Assembly: GCA_012295275.1 (NCBI GenBank)
Contig: CM022679.1
Location: forward strand, 25,358,001 to 25,422,000
Origin: Chrysomallon squamiferum
Taxonomy: Eukaryota; Animalia; Mollusca
DNA length: 64,000 nt
Direction of reading: 5' to 3'
Shown piece after piece: positions 28,068 to 39,142 of this stretch. Made by a program: the position numbers and the translations under genes. The notes below the pieces were generated by a model. That model saw nothing but the letters and a program-made list of their open reading frames with translations, ran no database searches and was not told where the DNA came from. Every line of letters starts with the position of its first letter. The first letter of the stretch is position 1.

Positions 28068-28912
28068 CATCATTATTATTGTTGTTGTTATTATTATTGT
28101 TATTATCATCATTGTTATCATCATCTTCATCATCTTCATTATGATTAATATTCTCAACTTAAAAACTAAAAAAATCATTGTTAAAATGAAATTTGTTTTT
28201 TCTCATTTTATTTTATTTTATTTCATTTTGTCTTGTTTAATTATTTTATTTCGTTGATTGATTTATTTATTTTTATTTTTTTAATGTTTTATTTATTTAT
28301 TTATTTATTATTTATTAGACGGGAACAAGAAGAACCAAACTGAACATAATGGTAAAGTTTCCTATAGAAGGGCTGCAGATGGCTCACCATGTGATAGACA
28401 CAAAAGGGGGAGGAGTCACAAATTCTGATGACACAACATATGACCTTTATGCAGTGTGTAATCACTATGGCAACATGAATGGTGGACATTATACAGGTAA
28501 TATATATTTACATTTGAAATGTATTATTAAACAATGTGTGTATGTATGTGTAAGAATGTATGTATGTATGTATGTGTATATATGTATCTTAAATTGATAC
28601 ACTGACATTAAATGTCATATTCATCTAATAATATTTCTTAAATATGATCAAATTAAAATAATCTTTCACTAATATATTTATTAATATAATGTTACTAAAT
28701 GGAACTTTAATGACATTTCAATTTCAGCATTTTGTAAGAATCCTATTGACTGCATGTGGCATGAATTTGACGACACCCGAGTGAAAGCCATCAGTGAATC
28801 GCAGGTCGTCACTAAAGCAGCATATCTCCTCTTCTACCAAAAAAGAAGAATCACCAAGCAAACAAATCAACAACTACATCTAGGTGATCACTGGGTCTTT
28901 CACACATTCTCT

Positions 28913-28949
<37 letters not shown>

Positions 28950-31797
28950 GCAGTCCGATCAGATCTGGCACCCAGTCCTGCCCCACCACCCCGACCACGC
29001 CCAAGTCAGTCCACTTTGATATGTCGTCGCCCATGCACTTCCCTGTGGACGACACTAACGGAACCAGGTCACGTTCTGAATCGCTGGTGTCAAATCAGAT
29101 GCCTAGCAAGTCTATCCTACGACCTTTGACCCCACAGCAAGGTGTCAGCCGAAACAGCAGTGTGAGTTACGAAGAAAAGAGCAGCGAGCCGACAGCTACA
29201 GCTAAACGGCAGCAGGTACATGACGTAAAGCCTAATGTCAGAGGTCAGAGGCACACTGTGGCATGTTCTCCATCTTTAAAGATGGGAGCTTGTGTTGATG
29301 TACCTCAGAAACCCACGGAAGAATCGCTCTACAAAGGAAAACTTTATCCCGACGATGCGAAAAAGCCGTACGTGGACAGTCACGTTGATCTGAAACTGGT
29401 GGATAAGAAGAAGCAGCTCAGACTGCCTTTGTCATCATCAGAACATGACGTCTACAATCCCGTACCGTTAATTGAACTCTGGCCCATCTTGCGTTCTGAG
29501 CCTAAATTTAATGGAGCACCTGTAAATCAGCAGGGACATACAGACAGACAAGCAGACGGCAAGCAAGGATATGGTGAAAAATATCAAGGACAGAGTGACA
29601 GACAGCATTCATTTGATGAAACTGACCCACGATCCCAGGAAACAAGAAACCAGCAACTGATAACAGAAGAAAACAAATATGAGCCTCTTCGGTCATTCAA
29701 AGAAAGTGTTACAAGATCGGTGAATGTTTCCAGTCAGCATTCACAGAAAACTGAAGACAGGAGGGTGTCTGAAAGCAGAGAAAAGCAGAGCTTGGGAGTA
29801 AGAGAGAGAGTGAAACATTTTGAAAAAACTGAAAATAAAAGATCAGCTGAAAATGGAAGCAAGCAGACTGGAGATAAAAGCAAAGAGACAATGACTATTA
29901 AGCAGTCCATGGTTTCCATGACAACCAGCAATGGTAAAGTTCCCATTCCAGTCCAAAGTCCTAATGTTGAGCACTCGGCTAATATTGCGGAACTGAAAAA
30001 AGAACGAAAAACTTCAGGTAAGCTTGCAAATTAAATATTTATGTCAAATAGTATTTAAAATCTAATAAAGAAAATTAAAATAAATAGAAAAAACATTTTG
30101 ACATTTTCACTTTATCAGTATGAATATTTAGTTCATAAATTAAATAGATTATTTAGTAAACACCATTAATGATATTGTGTATTTATACAAACAGTAAGAA
30201 AAATATTAACTAATAAAGATTTAAAAAATAACACTACAAATTCAGTTACTTAAGTCAAACTTCCATTAACATCAAGATATTTTGTTGTTGTGTGTGTGTG
30301 TCTAGGTTCTTGAACATGATTAAGGCTAAAATGTACTTTACTGCAGTTGAAAAACACTAAAGGTATGGTATCAGTACACATCTTTTTGTGGATCATCAGT
30401 GCAGATTTAACTTGTAAAACAATATTTTAATTTAATACTATTTACTAGTAAGTAATCTGAGATAACTGGATTCACCTGGATTACCATTCACTGTAACAGT
30501 TCACTTTGTTTTCACAATTCTTGGTTAAAATGTCGTCACACATAATGACATAGAATATAAGATGATAAATGGTAATAAATGCCAAATGTGGCAAATCTGG
30601 GTTGCCCGAGTTTGACAATACATAATGAAAACAAAACAAATGTGTGTACTAGTCACAGCTGAGTGAACTTTGAGTTCATCCTTCCTTGTCACTAATGTGT
30701 GCAGAAATGTCAAGAATGTAAACAGATGTATAAATTACAAACTGATGCCATTTAACATTAACTAGTTTTCAGTTTAGTCAAATGGTTTTGTGAAATATTT
30801 ACATTATATCATTGTTTGTTCTTGCATTTAATTTAAATACTTTGTCCTGGGATACTGAGCATTTGTGTTTTGTGTTATATGATTTACATATAGACAGATA
30901 GATAGATAGATAGATAGATAAAACCCATTTCTGTGAATTATACATCTTTGTTGGACCAGAATGTATCCTTTTTAAATAATTAGTAATTACCAGTAATAAA
31001 AAAAATTGTTTTCTCTATTTTGTTATATTATTGTTGTTGCTGTTGTTTATTAGCACTGACTAATTCATTTTATTACCAAGATAAAATATTAATGAAAGCA
31101 GAGCCAGAGTAAATATTAACTAACAGCTGAACTGAATTTAAAGTTCAGTAATACAATATAACATACAAAATAGTGTTTTGGAATTATCTTCACTCTGGTG
31201 ACTTCTTCGTGGCTTTATTGGATAAGGTGTTTTTATCTTTATTATATAATTCAGGCAGATCTTTGGTCATTTTTTTTTTTTTTTTTTTTTTTTTTAGTTA
31301 CCATTAATGGTTTCAGAAGAACTTCTGATGGTACAAGAGAGAAGTATGCAACAATTGCACGAATTCAAAATGCTCAAATCGACGAGCTAATGACTGCTAG
31401 TGATGAAAGCATAACTCGATCCAAGACAGATGACAACATATCAGCAAAAATTCTAGAAACATCAAAACGACTGGTTCAGCCGAAAGCTGTGCTGTCAGCC
31501 CAGAACTATCCAAAATGCCATCCAAAATATAACCGTCACAAAAACAACGAAGTCGACCAGCGAGACACCGTGTCGCTGTCCAGTGTGGGTCGCCGCAGTC
31601 GCAGACGTCCTCAGTCAGACAACATATCTGTGAAAAGCTTCGGCTACAGCTCGTACAACGGCTACGGGAAACGAGATTCCTCGGGTAGCCGAGGAGATGT
31701 CCGATATCGACCGCAAATACACCGAGGAAGTCAGATTGCCTACATGAGACAGAGAGCTGAGATTCAAGGACCATATTTGAAAGAATCATCAGTATAG
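8720..31797 (+). CDS. USP31: Ubiquitin carboxyl-terminal hydrolase, USP31/USP43 family, 11 coding exons, ~1315 aa
   Basis: Exons 8720-9616, 19527-19847, 22782-22990, 23734-23851, 24489-24595, 25862-25939, 26558-26684, 27745-27867, 28319-28496, 28728-30017, 31298-31797 (3948 nt, phase-consistent; intron 7 is GC-AG). Motifs: Cys box GIYNHGNTCFMNAVLQCL, QHDAQEFFLWLLDRLHEDLN, Zn pairs CPDC/CSHC, LPNILVLHLKRF, His box YDLYAVCNHYGNMNGGHYTA, WHEFDD and AAYLLFY. The HLKLVAEW insert and long low-complexity tail are typical of USP31/43. It is probably a co-ortholog of both vertebrate paralogs. Confidence 0.92.
11339..11675. repeat. Diverged local duplication (~125-bp unit, ~210-bp period) in USP31 intron 1
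   Basis: aaacataaacaaaggat...ataacctgaact...tcttgaacaggtcaca...gataaa...tgtgttga.aaattaaacaact occurs at ~11340 and ~11550, separated by a (TG)-rich tract. Confidence 0.85.
12215..12292. repeat. Compound (ATT)n(ATC)n microsatellite
   Basis: Directly visible; explains the poly-Y/H/I ORFs. Confidence 0.95.
15942..16085. repeat. 65-bp tandem repeat, ~2.2 copies
   Basis: acactgaatttaaagtgcataaatcttattttatttt(a/g)taggtgtatgtgtaatggaaattgttg starts at 15942 and 16007, with a partial copy at 16072. Confidence 0.92.
22490..22720 (-). repeat. Two or three decayed ~75-bp units resembling the antisense head of a tRNA-derived SINE
   Basis: gatcccacaaaccgtaacacctcactctaacactttcctgaagagctgcagatt and aatcctggaaaccatcacacctcaaaattctaacattcttctgctcagctacagatt are similar to each other. 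The reverse complement has an A-box-like tgtagctgagcag. Confidence 0.4.
23886..23955. repeat. (GA)n microsatellite
   Basis: Directly visible just after the USP31 exon 4 donor. Confidence 0.95.
23960..24460. repeat. Diverged ~190-bp intronic duplication (period ~300 bp) in USP31 intron 4
   Basis: Shared blocks acattttatattaaat, gaaggtgt, acaagtattcatgtaa, agatcatattttaaaat and ttagctca.tacacttacctattt at ~23960-24140 and ~24260-24455. Confidence 0.85.
26448..26516. repeat. (CT)n microsatellite
   Basis: Directly visible upstream of the USP31 exon 7 acceptor. Confidence 0.95.
28005..28142. repeat. (ATT)n / (CAT)n degenerate microsatellite
   Basis: Directly visible in USP31 intron 8. Confidence 0.9.
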
Positions 31798-33443
31798 CAG
31801 ACGATGGTGTGAGTCAGTGGTGATGACAGAAATCTTAAAATGATTCAGAAATCCATGTCTCTGTGTGTGTGTAAAATTTTGACGGTACCGGTAATTTTGC
31901 TTTTGATTAATTTAAGTCATGTTTGTTAAAACTGTAGTTGTTATTATTATTATTATTATTAGTGTTAAAGCAGTGACAGAGTTTGCAGATTTTACAATTT
32001 GTGGAAAGAAGTGAAAAAACCTTTTTTTTTTTTTTTTTTCAATATCAAAATGGTTAAATAGTTAAAACAATTGTTTGGATTTTTTTTTTTGGGTTTTTTG
32101 GGGGGTTGTCTATTTTATTGTAGTTTATTTGTTACATTTTTCAGTGTGATGCATTTTGGAAAATGTTTTTTTAGGGAGAATTAGCAAATTAGAAAACTTT
32201 TTTTTTTTTTCTTTCCTTTTTTTATATATATATTTCAATTTTTAGCAAGGAATTTTGCTTTATAATTTAAAGTATACATAGGGGAAACCATTTTTCTAGT
32301 CTAGGCATAAATATTTAGAGGTATTTGCTGCTTTATCAGTGCGTAAGTTAAATATGCAAGATAATTATGTGATAATTACGCTATTTGCCTAATATTTTGA
32401 TATTATATTAATGATATTATTCAGCTTTATAATTAAATAATTAAATGTCAGTAAAGCTTAGAATTCTAGGAATTATTGGATTTACTTTTTATATAAAATG
32501 TCTCATTTTTTTTCTTCTGATACATTAATATCTAGTAATGCACACACACAAAAAGATACATGCATATGTACATACATAAATACATATATACATAAAGACA
32601 TAAAGACAGACAGACATTTTCAGATATAAACACTCTCAAAAACATACAAATACATTTTTTAATACATCCATTCATATATAATGTACCTTCTCTTCTTTGT
32701 TATTTTTAGTTTATTCAATTCATGATTAGATATGTCAGAATGTATTGAATATTATAATGCCTTACAGAATTGAAAAAAGAATTCAACTTTACTTTTGCCA
32801 AGAAGTAGTATGTCAGCTTATGAGTTCTACAGCAGATACTTTATTACAACTCACATTTAATTTAGTTGATTCCTTGAATTATGTACATAAATTTAAAGCT
32901 TCAAAATTATGTTATAATTCACTGATTATGTAAATACTCCTGTAATTTATATCTGCAACAGCATGACAAGTGCATTAATTAGTTTTCGTTTTGTTTTTTC
33001 ACATTTTTTTCATTATAGTGTATGTTTGTTAGTATTATTTCCTTTTACTGTTATTGTTCATTTTGGTTGTGTTTTTTTTTGTTTTGTTGACCTTATGTAT
33101 TTATGTAGTGTGACTTTTTCTTTGTTGTTTTTTTATTTTTCTAAACTTACTGAAAGGTTATTATTATTATTTTCAGTCAGTTATTAAAGCTCTTCCCATC
33201 TTATATTTTTCATTTACCTTTGTAGAAATTAAAATTTCAAAGCATTCCAAAATATTTATTTAACTTTTTTATTATACAGATTGTAAATATACTTAATACA
33301 TGCTTTAAAAGAGTCAGTTATTTAGGTTTATTCAAAATTCAAGAAAATAGAAGGTAGAATTTTGTTAGTTTTTATTTATGGTTTATTTTGGAGGGGTAGG
33401 GTAATGCATTTATTGACAGTTTAAATCAAGTGTAGTGTGTTTT

Positions 33444-33446
<3 letters not shown>

Positions 33447-33503
<57 letters not shown>
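33447..33503. repeat. (CT)n microsatellite
   Basis: Directly visible. Confidence 0.95.
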
Positions 33504-33509
<6 letters not shown>

Positions 33510-34443
33510 AATTCTGTTTAATTTAAGTTCTTCTAAGTAAAATATTTAGCTCTATAAATTTTCAGTCTTGTTTACAGAACTGAAGTATTACTGTTCACCT
33601 CGAAACAGGTGTGACAACTTTCTACTTTCATTTGCTGTTGTTGTGCTTTTTTGTGGTGGAGGGTGGGGTTATTTGGGACTTTCTGGGGGAGGGTAAAGAT
33701 TTTATGAGTCTTGGGTACCACTGCGTAGCTCAGTTAAGATGCACATTTCATCAGCTTAATATTTTGGTAATTAATTGCTCAGTTTTTGGATATTAATCGA
33801 ACTGGTTGTGAAAAATATATTTAAACTGTTTATGTCACACACTGTTATAATTTAAAGTTGATATATTTCTTACTGGTAGTAAAACTGAATTAAATTTTGA
33901 TGAGAAAAAGAAGATAAAATTATTCTGTAATTTTGAAATATTTCGTAGAATTGTTTTTGGTCAAGCCATTCTTGCCAAGAAAACAGCATCAAAACTGAAT
34001 TTTAGTGCTCAGTAAAAGACAGATATTTTAGAAAAATCTGAAACATGAATCAAACTAGGAAATTGTTCGAATGGAATTTCTTGAATGAAACTGAAACATT
34101 TGTTATGTAGAATACGCATTTTGTTTATGCATTAGAAACACTGTCAATATATTAAAATAGTTGTAATGTAACAGATTGTATTATATTGCACAAAATACAA
34201 TGAATGAATGGTTGTGCTACAGATTATATATATATACTTGTGTAATTATATATATATATATATATATATTATAATTACACAATTATAATTTTTAAATTCA
34301 ATATCAATGCAATTTTTAGAAATTAACCTTTTATGACCTCTAAATTGCATATCAGCGTTAACATATTTGCTTTGTGCAATGTATTTAGTTACATATCAAA
34401 TCATTTTTTTGTTTTCTTTTAGGTTTTTCCATCTTTTTTTTAA

Positions 34444-34477
<34 letters not shown>

Positions 34478-35663
34478 GGGGGTACTTTTTACACATTTCA
34501 CATCTGCAGATAATGTCCATTCCATGATGGTGTCAGTATTTTCATGTGTGCCTACCATTCCACTCATCATTTTCAATTACAGTTGTCAAAAGTATTTATT
34601 TAAAATTTGTTATTGCAAAACATTTCTCTTTGTTTTGGATAATATTATTCCTACTAAACTTATTTCATCAAATAAAAAATAATGAAGTCTTAATTTTTTT
34701 TTTTCTTTTTTTTATTTCTTTTTTTTTTTTTTTTTTTTTTTCTTTTTTTTAAAGTTATGCAAAATTCTTGAAGATAGGTAATAAAATTTGATAGTTAACT
34801 CATGAAACTGAGAAATAATTGTTTGTATATTTAATTTACCACATCAGGAATTACTCTATTTAATGTATGAGATCAGGATGTAGTAAGATTTTTTAACTTA
34901 TAAAATCAGGAAATATATTGTTATTTATTTAACATGAAAGCAGGACATTACTGGATTTTTAATTAAGGAAATAAGGAAGTAATCAATGATATTTAATTCA
35001 TAAAATGCATCAATTGGTATTTTTTTTTTAAAGTATTAACATGATAGATGAATTGATTCACAATATGATGTTAAATTCTGTGAAACAGAAAAAAAAAAAT
35101 GTTGATTACTGTTTCAGTATTAATTAATTTTTTTGCACTCTAATCAATAATATTTATTCAAGATGTATAAAAGTTTAATATAAAAAGAAAATAATAATTA
35201 CCTCCTCAAAAAGTGGCTAGCAAACTAAATTGATATTAGTTAAACCTCTCTCATAGTCTTAAAGACTATTACATTGTCATTTAATGTTGTTTGTTTTTTC
35301 TTAGCTAAGCACAATTATTATGTGTATATTAAGAATTGTGTATGTATTTTTATTTCGTAAATTAATTGATTGATTTTGCTATTGACATTTTGTGAAATAC
35401 GTTCATATATCACATTTTGAACACATTTGTAATCCATGCTATGCATTCCATTTGTATAATTATTGTTTTTCTTGTTGTCTTCTAGTTTCATATTGTTCAG
35501 ACTGTTATAGATAAAATGACATTAGAATATTTTTGTTATATATGTCATAAAAATAATTCTTAATTTCTTTAAATTGAAAGAAATTCCATTATTGTAGTCA
35601 TGTAAATATTCAGCAATATGTGATATTCTAGTGTGGGTGTGGGTGTGCGTGCATTTGTGCGTG

Positions 35664-35707
<44 letters not shown>

Positions 35708-38700
35708 CTGATACTTATAATCATTGGCTACATCAGTGTTAGACAAATAAAAAGTTCACATATCTGTTTTTGACGTGCTTCAGAATGAATCAGTCATATC
35801 AGAAATTTTAATTTAATTTGTAAATTTGATCTTGAGGGCAAAAGAAATAGTGATTTAAGAATCTAAAAAGTAACATTAATGCTATGCTTGTAGATAAAAA
35901 TTGTTAATGAAAATCTGTAAAATATACGTGAATTAATAGATTTTTTTTTCAAATATAAAAACATTTTTTGGAAACTAAATTAAGAAAAATAGTTTCTTTA
36001 TTAAGGGCTGATTGTTAAATAGACATTTGTAATTGTTTTATATTTGGTAATGATTACTGATTTTGTATATATGTAATTAGTCGAAGAAATTTTTGTATAA
36101 TAAATAAATTCTTTCTTATTTTCTTTCATTCTTCAGTTAGTAAGAGGCTTGATATATATAGTTCTAAACTGCTATCCTTAATTGATACTGTGCACATAAA
36201 AATAATACAGATATCACATCCACATTTTGTGTTGAATGCATTTCTATTACATAATTTTATGAAATTAATGTTATTTAGGATTATTTCAAAGTAATAAAAA
36301 AGAGGAGTTCCACATTGTTCTAAACATAAATATGGGATGTTTGTTTTTCTTTTTTCTTTGCAGTTTGCTTTTAATGTAACTTACTAATTGTTTTGTGGCA
36401 ACATTGTGCATATTTGTATATAAAATATTTTATTTTGCATCATATTTCTATATTAAAAGAACATGTGAAATTAAAATTAAAATAATAATTATTATTAATA
36501 TAATACTGCTCTTGTTGGTGTCAGATATAATTTTACTTTATTATCTTTATTTTGAGTAATGATACTGTTTTTCCTTTATCTAACTTAAGAATTATTTCTT
36601 TTCCTAATTTAAAAATATATATATTTCTTTCTTTTTTCGTCCTGTGTGTTATTGTTTTATTTTGTTGTTGTTTCTTGGAGGGGGGAAGTGAGGGTATTAA
36701 TGAATATTAACCACTGTTTTACAAATAAGATTTAATGGATAAAAGAAAGCAAACATGGTAAAACTGCATATTAATTATTTCTATTTATTTTAGAGGATTT
36801 TTATTTGGCACATTAATGCTGAAGTAATGTATTAGATAAATTCATAACTATCTATAAAAAAAATGGATTAAAGGATTTATATATTACAAACATGAACAAA
36901 TATTCTATTTTGACACATATGAATAGAAATGCATTTGATACACATTACACATTAGAAATGGGATAAAATTTTCTTTTGTTTTCACTCATTTTTAACAGTT
37001 TTAAACACTTCAGAAATGTTTCAGTAAATTATTCTCTGCTACCTCACCCTCTATTCTTTCATTTGTTAAAGTAATTTTGTTTTCTCTTCAGTTTACAATT
37101 TTGTTGATGTGTTTAGTATTTTGTGATTTGTTATTCATGTTTGTTAGTTTCATGAAATTAAATATTTTTTGTGTGCCTAAAAAAAAAGTGCTATGAACCT
37201 GAATAGGGCAATAAGTAATATTATTTTTATTTTTTATTTTTTTTCTGTCAAATATTTCTCAAATAAAAAAGAAATGATGTTGAGAAATAGTTGAATAATG
37301 AATGTATTACAAAAAAAAAAATAATAATAAAAAATAAATATAAATCAAAAAGAAAGCTTATAGAAATTCATTTATATAAAACTTTTGGGATCGTTTTGAT
37401 AATTTATCAGAAAACTTGTAAAACATAAATCATTAATGTTATATTTGTCATGAATTTTTCTTTTTTTCAAAAGAGGTTTAATGGATTTTCATTATAATTA
37501 TTGTTTGTTTTGTTTTTTAATTTGTTTTGCTTACTAGACTTTCCAGATATTTATAAACTTTTACTGATTAATCATATTTGAATACATTTTTGTGTTAAAA
37601 CATTTTCATTTAATGTTGTATAGAATGCTTTTGAAAATTACTATAATGTGACATATTATTACTGGCCTTCAGGCCCTTCCTGGTTATCTACCTTTAGTAG
37701 ATAGCTTATTGTAATAAATCAAAATGAAACTGCTTAGTTGGTGTTTTTCTTTTTGTTTCAAATAACATTTGTATGTAATTAGATAATGGTCATTATGCAG
37801 TTGTCCCATGAATGTGGCAGGTGGAGATATTAATAATGGGAATGAAAATATTTTTCATGTTTTATTTATAAAATGATCATTAGTGTCTGATGTTGGTATT
37901 GGACAAGAACCTCTAGTGAAATTTATAGCCATTATCATTTTGACTTCCCCTTTTCACATTTATGTCAGATTGTGATGCTACTGCTTTCCAGAAATACACA
38001 AGAACATTGGTTAACCTGAGGAAGCAGCCACTTATATTAGGATACCCATTTACTGCTAAAAGTTCTTTTTTATTTATGCCCTGTTTGTAACATTTGACAC
38101 ATTTCAATATCAAAAATATATAGTTTATAGAGGGTCATCAGTACACTTTACAAATTCTTGAATCCTACAAGACAGCACGTGTGTATGTAAGTGTATATTA
38201 TGTGTGAGTGTGTGTATGCATAATGTATATACACATACATGTGTTTTGCAATATGCATTTATCTCATGAAATGAATATTTTGAAACTTTTAAGTTTTTAA
38301 CCTGAAAGTTATTTCATTATATTTTACTAATGTATAATAGTTCAAGGTCCAAAAAAATAGATTTCTGTATTTTGGGTGAAAACTAACATGTAACATCACT
38401 CAAGAAAACTCAACAAATTAAGACAACTGATGGGAAGAGAAAACACTTTATAGACTTCAGTATATTCATTTATTAAATCAGATTTATCACAGACACTTAT
38501 CACAATATATTTTTAATTATTAATACTAAATAATACAATAATTTTAATTTCAGACATCATTTTTCAAAGCACCAGGAATGTAAAATACATGACATGCAAC
38601 CAGTATACTGTTATGAATACTGCATGCACATAATGACAAGAGTACATTTAACTGGGTATCCTCACACCTGATAATGTCAGTTTTAATATTATTTGATATG

Positions 38701-39142
38701 GAATGGATTGACAAAGAAAAGGAATGATACAGAATACCACAGATATGTTTTCTAGATTAGTTTTAAATACATATTACTATGTATATATAAAATAACAAAC
38801 ATAAAAAGAAAAAATGTAATTTTACAAATCTGACATAACTGAAACAAAACAGATTGGTAACATAAAACTGAAACAATGCTGTTTCTGTAAATATTTGCCC
38901 TTATATTTTATAAAGCATTTTATTATTTGATCATTATTTTAATCGTAATTCATATTCCCACAACAATAATAACTGCATTGCCCTTTTCTAAACTGATGGA
39001 TCCGCTTCTTAAATCCAATGCACTTTCTTTTTCATGCAAATATCTGGAGAAAAAAAATTTCAAATCAAAACATACACTGTCACAAAATATAATTTTCTCA
39101 TGAAATGCTCTGACTAGAATTATCTTGGGTGTATCTCAGTTA

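Noticed and set aside
28884-31789. Alternative-frame and antisense ORFs over USP31 exons 10-11 (likewise 52167-53509 over HGS)
   Set aside because: Shadow ORFs of real coding exons, with no independent motifs.
37662-37706. Small hairpins ggccttcaggcc and tatctacctttagtagata
   Set aside because: Too short, and they do not match the histone stem-loop or another known RNA motif.
38952-39045. Possible alternative last exon of ARL16 (acceptor ttttttctccag, ~30 open codons)
   Set aside because: It would delete the G5 (SAK) region and the peptide has no GTPase similarity. Unsupported without transcripts.
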